Shown one piece after another: positions 41,142 to 50,550 of a DNA stretch of 64,000 nucleotides. The position numbers and the translations under genes are program-made. Numbering within the stretch: the first letter of the stretch is position 1; each line of letters starts with the position of its first letter. Under the pieces are notes generated by a model. It had not been told where the DNA came from, made no database searches, and saw only the letters and a program-made list of their open reading frames with translations. Origin of the DNA: Octopus sinensis (Eukaryota); NCBI RefSeq assembly GCF_006345805.1, contig NC_042999.1, positions 15,934,001 to 15,998,000 of the forward strand, written 5' to 3'.

Positions 41142-41410
41142 GGGAGAGTTTATGAAAAAAACAAAAGACGAAGACAGGTGGTGTACAAAACAAACAGATG
41201 TATTAGTATAACGCTCAGGAATAGAAAAAGTCTTTTATGTTTCGAGCCTACGCTCTTCTACAGAAAGGGACACATGCTGATCCTGTCATTTCTTACCACA
41301 CACGAACTTCTCCACTAGACTCTCTACCCTTTACGGATTCTCATTTGGATATTTACCCTCCGGCTGCACCTCTCCTACATACGGATCACTGTGGACTCTA
41401 CTATATATAT
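41142..41410 (-). mobile_element. Penelope-like pLTR fragment with hammerhead-like motif (41232-41267)
   Basis: About 135 bp nearly identical to 50348-50480. Minus strand reads CTTT-CTGTAGA-A-GAGC-gtag-GCTC-GAAACATA-AAAG. Confidence 0.55.
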
Positions 41411-41612
41411 ATATATATATATACACACACATATGGAAACACACTCATACATCAGTATCAGTGACTGGTAGTGAAAATATGTATGTACACTTAGAAATAT
41501 GTGCTGAAATTTAAATACAGTAGAGATGTTAAATAGTCTCAAACAGTTCTGGAGAACAAGTATTTTCCAATATCTTACCCTAAAACATAGTTTTCATTCT
41601 ATAAATAAATAC

Positions 41613-41685
41613 CAACATAAACATAATGGTATTAGAATGTCCTCCACATTTTCAAAAACTCTTTCTACTCCTCCCTTGTCTGGTT
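41613..41685 (-). CDS. Candidate 73-nt exon (EPDKGGVERVFENVEDILIPLCLC-W)
   Basis: Acceptor TTTAATTATTTCAG|, donor TTG|GTATTT. Single open frame with protein-like composition. Confidence 0.3.
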
Positions 41686-42844
41686 CTGAAATAATTAAAC
41701 TATCTTCAAATACTTTATACAAATTTATTTATCTTTTTATCTTTATATATATATATAGTGAAATGAGTTGATTCAAATTTACTTATTTTCTATAGCAACT
41801 TTATCCTATCAATACCATTTTATACGAAACAGTTGGTAGGAAATAATGTCTAAATAAAAAATAAAAAACACTGCTCTAATTAAACAGACTTAGATACACA
41901 AAATATTACCACATCAATTATATAATCAAAAGTGAACTACCTCAGGCTAAAACAATGCACACGAAGTGGTGTCAAATGTAGCAAGCAAATTCATTCAAAG
42001 TACGTCAGTACAGAACAATAGACATTAAAATGATGAGGAAGAATCATAATAATATTATAAGGACAAAACATAGATATTAATTTCAGAAGATATATTCCAG
42101 GCTTGTACAATAGATAGTAGATAATTAATCAATTGAATAAAGATAATTACTTGAAATAGCAAAATTACTGATATATCAATAATGATAGGATGGAGTTGTA
42201 ACCAGTCCTGACAGAGTTTCATCAGTCTATATATTATTGGAGTATTCAATAAGGAAACCTACCTCTGTATTGGTTACTGGGCTTGAAAATATTGTATTGC
42301 TATTATAAATAAATAGTGAAATAGTGTTTCTACATAATACCCCATAATAAATCAGTCGCATGTAATTAAATGTCTAAGTGACTGAGATGAGTTGTTTATT
42401 ATTAATAAGATTATAATTTTTCAGACAAGTAATGAATCTCTCTCTCTCTCTCTCTTTCTCTCTACGTGTGTGTGAGTGTTTACACATGAACATCACTGAC
42501 ATTTGTACTGTGTTTGGTTTGGTCTCTGATTATTTGACATTATATGTTCTATTCTTGGATATAAACATAGAACAGGACAAGATATGAACTAGGAGCAATT
42601 GCATCTAAACTAACTATAATAACACAGGCCACTAATGTTTGTATAGTGGGTAACAACTGAGGTTAAAAGTCAGAAAAGTCATAATCTTGATTATATTAGA
42701 GTCAACAGATTTAGTAATAATTTCACACCATTCTTAATTTACAGTAAAAATTTGTTAAATTGCAAATACAATGCATAATAATAATAATTACTTTATTCAG
42801 TTCTAACAGGAAAGACATGAGTTAAGTAAGATAATTAAAGAAAC

Positions 42845-43560
42845 AAGGCATAGCTGTTTGGTTATGAAGCTTGCTTTGCAACTACATAGTTTTGAGTTCA
42901 ATCCCACTGTACAACACTTTGGGCAAGTGTCTTCTTCTAGAGCCCAGGCTGACCATTACCATGTGAGTGAATTTGGGTGACAGAAGCTGTGTGTGGAAGC
43001 CTATCATATATTTATACATATATGTGTGTGCTTTTGTGTTACTTTTGGTCCCTCCACTGCTTCACAACCGATATTGGTTTGTTTATGCTCATGTGGCTTA
43101 AAAAAAAGACTCCGCCGGTTACGACGACGAGGGTCCCAGCTGATACGATCAACGGAACAGCTTGCTCGTGAAATTAACGTGCAAATGGCTGAGCATTCCA
43201 CAGGCACGTGTACCCTTAACGTAGTTCTCGGGGATAATCAGCGTGACACAGAGAGTGACAAGGCTGACCCTTTGAAATACAAGTACAACTCATTTTTGCC
43301 AGCTGAGTGGACTGGAGCAACGTGAAATAAAGTGTCTTGCTCAAGGACACAACGCGTCGCCGGGAATCGAACTCACAACCTTACGATCATGAGCCGAATG
43401 CCCTAACCACTAAGCCACGCGCCCTCACTCATGTGGCTTAGTAGTTCAGTAAAAGAGACTGATAGCATAAGTTCCAGACTTAAAAAATAAGTACTGGGGT
43501 GGCAGGATGATTTGTTTGGTCACAAACCAATGACTGAAACAAGTAAAGGATAATGAAATT
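42845..43560 (+). mobile_element. Old composite CORE-type SINE interrupted by a younger SINE
   Basis: TTTGGGCAAGTGTCTTCTTCTAG core. Its 3' half resumes at 43441 after the nested insertion. Confidence 0.65.
43101..43427 (-). mobile_element. Young tRNA-derived SINE with Meta-like core, 13-bp TSD
   Basis: A box TGGCTTAGTGG, B box GTTCGATTCCC, core GTTGTGTCCTTGAGCAAGACACTTT, CpGs intact. TSD CTCATGTGGCTTA at 43088-43100 and 43428-43440. Confidence 0.9.
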
Positions 43561-43964
43561 AATATTATAATAATTAGGTGCCGGTATAAATCATTAGCAT
43601 GTTGGGTAAAATGCTTAGAGGCATTTTGTCTATCTTCACGTTCGAGTTCAAATTCCGGTGAGGCCAACTTTGGTTTTCATTCTTTTGGGGTCTGTTGGCC
43701 CTGTGCCAAAATCTGAAACCAATAATTAGGTGCAGGGATGAATGTGTGGTTAAGAATCTTGCTTCTGAACCACTTGAGTCCCACCGCATGGCACCTTGCA
43801 GAAGTGCCTCCTAGTATAGCCCTAAGCTTACCAAAGTGAAGCTGGAAGATAGAAACTAAAACAGACCCACTATGTGTGTATGTATAAATATGTATGTATT
43901 TGCTTGCACATATGTGATTCTGTCTGTGTGAGTTGGTGTCTCTTTATCCTGACATGATTGTTAT

Positions 43965-44195
43965 TATTTCTATATTGCCCACAAGGGGCTAAACATAGAG
44001 GAGACAAACAAGGACAGACAAAGGCGTTAAGTCGATCACATCGACCCCAGTGTGTAACTGGTACTTAATTTATCGACCCCGAAAGGATGAAAGGCAAAGT
44101 CGACCTCAGCAGAATTTGAACTCACAACGTAGCGGCAGACGAAATACTGCTAAGCATTTCGCCCGACGTGCTAACGTTTCTGCCAGCTCGCCGCC
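43965..44195 (-). mobile_element. Full-length young family C tRNA-derived SINE, 16-bp TSD
   Basis: Head GGCGGCGAGCTGGCAGAAACGTTAG with B box GAGTTCAAATTC. TSD CTGACATGATTGTTAT at 43949-43964 and 44196-44211. Confidence 0.9.
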
Positions 44196-44685
44196 CTGAC
44201 ATGATTGTTATAAGCAAGTGTCACTACCATACAAGCATTGTCCATGAAAACATTTCAAACCATAACTACTTGGAAGCATGTGAAGGTTGGCAACAGGAAA
44301 GTTATCCATACATAGAAAATTTGCCTCAAAAATTTCCATAACACATGTAAGCATAGAATAGTGGACATTGAAACGATAACAATGAATCAAGACTACATAG
44401 ACGAGGAATTCAGAAAGCAAAAGTTACAAAAGTCTTATTTCAATAAACAAGCTATACTTCAGATTATTTAAGTTTAAATTTCTTAAAATTTAGAGAAAGT
44501 ATTGATTCTAATCTTAAAAGTTTAGAGTACATCCAGATATTTCATACAATAATTATTCATCGATTGAACTAGTAATCTAATCTTTTGTTTCTAGCTACAT
44601 TCTGCTTTGATCAGCAAATTCTCTGGCTGTCTTTGTGGAGCATACATTTAGGCACACAAAGACAGATCAACACATTCAGATACAA

Positions 44686-44721
<36 letters not shown>

Positions 44722-44878
44722 ACATCATTCAGAGATGATATTAATTGATGTGAATAGCGAAATTTTACATTCAAAAGAATCAGAAGCTTGATGCTAATTG
44801 AACAGTACTTATGTAATCATATAACATTTGTAGAAATTCCAGTGGGTAAGTGTACATATATATATACATATATATATT

Positions 44879-45170
44879 ATCATCATCATCGTTTAACGTC
44901 CGCTTTCCATGCTAGCATGGGTTGGACGATTTTGACTGAGGGCTGGCGAACCAGATGGTTGCACTAGGCTCCACTCTTGATTTGGCAGAGTTTCTACAGC
45001 TGGATGCCCTTCCTAACGCCAACCACTCTGAGAGTGTAGTGGGTGCTTTTTACATGCCACCGGCATGGGGGCCAGTCAGGCGGTACTGGCAACGACCTCA
45101 CTCAAATCCTTTTACACATGCCACCAGCACAGGTGCCAGTAAGGCGACGACCTCGTGAGCACCGCCAGCA
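44879..45170 (-). mobile_element. Family A element
   Basis: CATCATCATCGTTTAACGTCCGCTTTCCATGCTAGCATGG tail. Confidence 0.85.
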
Positions 45171-45345
45171 ATTTTTTTTCCTCTGTCTTCCCTTCTCGGG
45201 ATCTTTCCTTCTCCTTTGTTTCCGACAAAGAGCTCCGCTCGAAACGTTAAACCCTCCTTCTTCCCTTCTTTCCTGAGCGTCTAATAATACTTTATTTGTT
45301 CCATGTCCTCGCATTGCTGTGTTTTTTTGTGTTTTCTTGTTTGGA
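45171..45345 (+). mobile_element. Penelope-like pLTR fragment with decayed hammerhead (45218-45252)
   Basis: GTTT-CCGACAA-A-GAGC-tcc-GCTC-GAAACGTT-AAAC. Downstream CCTGAGCGT..TAATAC resembles the 41.2/50.4-kb family. Confidence 0.55.
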
Positions 45346-45348
45346 TTA

Positions 45349-45387
<39 letters not shown>

Positions 45388-46539
45388 GCACAGACACATA
45401 TACATAAGCAGCCAGTTTACTACTCCCCCACTCCAAGCTGCTCCCAATCAACATCCATCCCTCATTCTTATGATTGAACTCTCATATTTACCATCATACC
45501 CTTGTTCACCATTTACTATATTCATCCCTTATATATATTTGACTTCCTCCACCTCATGTTTGTATCCATTTGTCACTCTTCTCCCACTCATTCAATCTCA
45601 CCTACTCTGACTGATTCTTCTGATTCAATATTCACTTCTGTTTAACTGTTTGGCACCCTGTTACTACCATTTTCCTTTATCGAGTACTACAGCAACCAGT
45701 TCCCTCCACCCATGTGAAGTGTGGGTAGCCATGAATCTCCTACACACCAATAAATCTGTTGCTGCTCCTCCCATCTACACAATCAACCTCATAACAACTT
45801 GTATAAACCCCTATCACTCTTAGTTGAGGAGACTCTCTAGTCTTGCAAGCTAGAAGACAATTTCATCAGTGCTGGTGCCAGTAAAAAGGAATCCAGTAAA
45901 CTTGGTAAAGTGATTGGCATCATGAAGGACATAGAAACCATGCAAAAACTGAGACATTAGACCAAAAACATAATCTTCTGGTCTGCTTGATACTGTCAAA
46001 ATGTTCAATTTCAGCCAGCATGGAAAATAAATGTAAAATGATGATGGCTTATCAAACTATACAGTTATTATAATGGTTAAATCTGGAATATGGGGGAATT
46101 GTTGACTGCTTGCTTTGGCAACAAACAGTCCACAGGAGTGATCATAAAAGATAATACTAAGTTCAATTTATGTGAGGAATAAAGAGTCTAATGTTCTGAA
46201 ACATGTATTCTGGATTTTAGTCTGAGTAAAGATATAAGGGAAAGTAGTGTTGTCACTTTGGTTGCAGAAAACTGCTCAATGGTCAACCAATGAATTAACC
46301 CAGCTGTGTCGAAAGTGACCATTTTACTCAGTTCTTTTAAAATGACTGACATATAATAATCAGACACTGTTTTGAACAACCAGCATTCATGAAATGCAAG
46401 CATAGAAACTTATGTTTATATACATACATCTACATTGAGAGAGCTGTTGCTTATACAGAAAACACTAAGATTTGATTGAAAAAAAAGTGAACCATAACAT
46501 ATATACACATATATACAAACACACACATTTATATATATC

Positions 46540-46830
46540 ATGTGGTCAACCAGACTATTGGATATTGTTATACATCGCTGACCACAATGCACTTTGCATA
46601 ATTTTAGCTTTTAAATTATGTCACCCTGCTGGCTAGGTGAGCAGGCCAACATTATCCCTGATCAGAAAGCTAGCTCATCATAGGGTTAACCCATTTACAG
46701 CTGAGTGACCTGGAGTAACGTGAAATGAAGTGTTTTGAGAACACAATGTTTGGCTTGGTTCAGGAATTGAACTCACAATCTAGTGATCATGAGTGCAACA
46801 CCCTAACCACTAGATCATGCACCTTCACTA
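46540..46830 (-). mobile_element. tRNA-derived SINE (Meta-like head, tail shared with 46843-47106)
   Basis: Head TGATCTAGTGGTTAGGG...GAGTTCAATTCC, tail CATCGCTGACCACAATGC. Confidence 0.7.
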
Positions 46831-46842
46831 TATATATATATA

Positions 46843-47106
46843 TGACTGTGACCGACCAGGCTATCAGATATTGCTACACATCGCTGATCACAATGCGCTT
46901 TGCGTTGTTTTAGCCTTCAAATGACGCCACCCCACTGGCTAAGCGAGCAGGCCAACAGAAGAAAGAGTGAGATAAAGTTGTGGTGAAAGAGTGGAGCTTT
47001 AGGTGTTTTCGCTCAATAAACACTCACAACGCCCGGTCTGGGAATCGAAACCGCGATCCTATGACCGCGAGTCCGCTTCCTTAACCACTGGGCCATTGCA
47101 CCTCCA
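46843..47106 (-). mobile_element. Young tRNA-derived SINE (different head, same tail)
   Basis: A box TGGCCCAGTGG, B box GTTTCGATTCCC. The tail also occurs at 52516-52628 (+). Confidence 0.8.
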
Positions 47107-48485
47107 CACACACACACATATATATATACACACACATACACACATGCAGACACACACATATAGAATGCTACAAATAACACCCCAGTGGGCAATGTTCACA
47201 GTCTGCAAATGACATGGTCTATTTGTTCACATTATTCTTTAATCAATAAATTGAAAAATTTTCATGACCTTCAAAATATTTTTGTAGCTTATTGCTTTAA
47301 TTAAGTTTTATAATCGTATTTCTTTTATAACTTTTGTAAAACCTTTTTACAAATAATTAGAATTAGAATCTGATTATGCAGAGTCATGCTATCATGATAT
47401 ACGTTAAAACGGTAGCATGCCTATCTAAGTTAGGAACCCTATTATTACTCATTTGACAATTAATTTGGTGATAATTTAATAAATTTCATGACATGTATAA
47501 AACATTCACCAAGGAAAGTAGTGATTTTTCCCATGCATATTTATATCTTCTTCGTTATCAACTCATTTTCTACTGTATGTTGCCAGAGAAACAGAACAAA
47601 CCCATAGATTTTAGTTCTTAAACATTATTATAGAAGCAGCTACAGCTTCTAGCACCAATGTCTTGAACTCCAAGAGGAACTAATTAATATTTTCAAGCCA
47701 TGTACTCTGAATGAAAAACAAGTATTGAAGTACAAAATAACAAGACAAAGAGACCGATAGAATAAGTACCAGGCTTACAAAGAATAAGTCCAGGGGTTGA
47801 TTTCTTTGGTTAAAAGACGGTGTTCTAGCATGGCCACAGTCAAAATGACTGAAACAAGTAAAAGTGTAGATATAAATTATCATCACCATCATAGTTTAAT
47901 GTCCACTTTTCCAAGCTTGTATGGAGAAGATGGAGTTTGCTGAGACAGGTTTTTTACAGCTGAATGTCCATCCTAACACCAAACCTTGCCTGTTTCCTGG
48001 TAAGGTAATATTCTCCAAAACTAGACATGTTTATACAGAAGATTGAAAGTGAAGGACATCACTTTGGTGAAAGTGGCATTCGTTTACAACTATTATATGA
48101 AAGCTAGGCAAGGAGACAGTAAAACACACAGACACACACACAGATACATGTACAGCAGGCATCTTTCAGTTTCAGTCCTCCAAATCTACTCACAAGATTT
48201 ATGTATGAGTTCAGTTAGTAAACAAAATATTCTAAAATATTCTAACATCTTACCAACTCAGTTAGTTCCTTCGTTAATATACATTTGCATGGGTGTGTGT
48301 TTGCCTATGATACATGTGTGATATATGTCTTCATAGATCAATCTATATATATATGTATTCATATATCTATCTATATATATCTATCTATTTATCTCTCTCT
48401 CTATATATATATATATACACACACACTCACACATACACACACATATATATATATTCACACATACACACACATATCTATATTAGAC

Positions 48486-48676
48486 AACTGAGATTGGTTT
48501 CAGCCATTATCAGCCCAGGCCATGACTAATTCAATAGCACCTCCTGAAGAGTTTTTTTTATACATGTGTGTGTGCGTGTGTGTGTATACACGCGCGTGTG
48601 TGCATACAGACCTCTCCAGGTGGTGCTACTGAGTTAGTCATGGCCTGGGCCGATAATGTCTGAAACAATCTAAGTT
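48486..48676. mobile_element. Fold-back/MITE-like element with ~65-bp inverted arms around a (GT)/(GC) core
   Basis: 48486-48551 is the reverse complement of 48612-48676 with a few mismatches. Confidence 0.75.
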
Positions 48677-48928
48677 AACTAAGATATATATGGATGTGTG
48701 TGTGTGTTTGTGTGTGTGTTTGTATATATATAGTGTATCTTATGTATATAAATAGATGTACAACACCTACTGTTAAGTTAGAGCTCCGCATTGATTATCA
48801 TGGTCAATCTGCTTCCATTATACTGATTAAGCAACTGTTATATTTAGTAATATTATAAGTTATGAAATACAGTGTAAATGTAGGAGCAATTACAATAAAC
48901 ACAAGTTTATATTATTAGTATTTTTCAC

Positions 48929-49047
48929 CATTGAACTAAATGCAGTAAACTGTTCCTTGATGATCCATTCTGGTAAAGCATCCAAAAGTACTCAGAATAT
49001 TCAATAAAAGCTTCCAAACAACCATAATGGGGAAAGACAGGTAGAAG
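48929..49047 (-). CDS. Candidate 119-nt exon (LLPVFPHYGCLEAFIEYSEYFWMLYQNGSSRNSLLHLVQ)
   Basis: Acceptor TATATTATTAG|, donor ATG|GTGAAA. One frame is open throughout. No homology recognised. Confidence 0.25.
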
Positions 49048-49078
49048 CTAATAATATAAACTTGTGCTTATTATAATT

Positions 49079-49110
<32 letters not shown>

Positions 49111-49155
49111 TCTTCCATGGATATAGGTAAGTATTTCATTTATTTCTTACCATAT

Positions 49156-49216
49156 TTATCACTGACGAGGAGAAAATTCTTGTGAATCAACTCTGAAATC
49201 AGGGCGAATATGATAA
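49156..49216 (+). ncRNA. Type I hammerhead ribozyme-like motif in a probable Penelope-like fragment (~49125-49360)
   Basis: TTATCA-CTGACGA-GGAG..ATTC-ttgt-GAAT..CTCT-GAAA-T..A-TA|TGATAA. 6-bp stem I, intact core, weak stem III. Confidence 0.6.
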
Positions 49217-49425
49217 TAATGGAATTTTTTAGAAATTTCTGTCGGCTTACTTTGAGATGCGTGCTTACAGTGATGAATTATATGGTTATTGACGTTTTGT
49301 CTATTTTTGGTATATTTGGCATTAGAATTTTTTCTTTTGACCTTGTTTATAAGTTGTGTATATATATATATATATATGCACACATATATTATATTTTTAT
49401 GTATAGTATATATATGTATGCTTGT

Positions 49426-49588
49426 CATCATCATCATCATCATCGTCGTTTAACGTCCGTTCTCCATGCTAGCATGGGTTGGACGGTTCGACCGGGGTTC
49501 TGGGAAGCCAGAAGGCTGCACCAGGCTCCAGTCTAATCTGGCAATGTTTCTACAGCTGGATGCCCTTCCTAACGCCAACCACTCCGTG
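49426..49588 (-). mobile_element. 5'-truncated young family A element
   Basis: Near-identical to the 3' part of 11538-11830. Confidence 0.85.
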
Positions 49589-49699
49589 TATATATATATA
49601 TATATATATGCTGGATATCAAAATTCTAACATCGTGATTGCTGCTCAATACTTTAAAAGCTGTAAAAGCTGGATGATATAACATGGACAACTACAAAGG

Positions 49700-50220
49700 A
49701 GACTATGAAGTCACTGTGATGGTCTTGGAATGTATCTTTCAGTAAGGTTGAGATCAAGGCCACCCTTAAGCTCAATTTAGATGGCTATGCGAAGCTGGTG
49801 GAGACTGTGATCAACACTGGTTGGAGAGGGTTACTACTGGAAGGGCATGGTTCTGTAGCAGCAGGATTCAGCTACTTACCTCCAGAAGTGGCTGTCAGAG
49901 AATTTGTCCAAGTTCACCAGTCCCAATTTCTGGCCTCATAACTCTCCCAATTATAATCTCTTGGATTACTATGTTTGGAGCTTTGACTTAGGAAGATGCC
50001 AACTGCTCTGTCTGCAACACTAAGGCCAAGGTGGTGACCAAACTCAAAGAGTTATTCAAAGAACTTTCCAGGGATACAATAAAGAATGTATGTTCCAGGT
50101 TCTGGAGCCACCTTGATGCTGCGATGGAAGCTGAGGTCAGGTTCTTTAAGTAAACTGTTATCTCCCAGCCATAATCTGATTGATACTTTTTGAAATTTTT
50201 AAAGATACTTTTATTTTTGG
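49700..50220 (+). mobile_element. Tc1/mariner transposase 3' remnant (maT/DD37D-like)
   Basis: FWPHNSPNYNLLDYYVWS at 49928-49981 (WPPNSPDLNPLDY motif) and C-terminal SRFWSHLDAAMEAEVRFFK* (TAA at 50151). Frameshifted. Confidence 0.8.
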
Positions 50221-50347
50221 ATGGGATATATATACACACACACACATATACACACCGATATATGTACATACATATATACATGATACATATATACATATAT
50301 AGACATATGTATATATATATAGAGACATATATAGAGATATATATATA

Positions 50348-50550
50348 GGGCGAGTTTACGAAAAAAACAAAAGACGAAGACAGGTGGTGTACAAAACAAA
50401 CAGATGTATTAGTATAACGCTCAGGAATAGAAAAAGTCTTTTATGTTTCGAGCCTGCACTCATCTACAGAAAGGGACACAGAAAACAAGGAGAGAAAAAA
50501 GTGTGTGTAGTGGCTAACGATCTATCATGGCGTCTGACTCAGACAGAAGA
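50348..50550 (-). mobile_element. Second copy of the 41.1-kb Penelope-like pLTR family (hammerhead-like motif 50438-50473)
   Basis: Near-identity to 41142-41275. Confidence 0.55.

Noticed and set aside
41941-41946. 6-nt microexon CCTGAG (minus) with TGC-containing acceptor
   Set aside because: The donor GTAGTT is weak and it gives a stop in the phase needed by the neighbouring chain.
43290-43427. tRNA gene-like sequence with A and B boxes
   Set aside because: It is a SINE head. It continues into a SINE core and tail and is bounded by a TSD.
45826-45865. Hammerhead-like TTGAGGA-GACT-ctct-AGTC
   Set aside because: Stem II is present but the required GAAA and stems I/III are missing.
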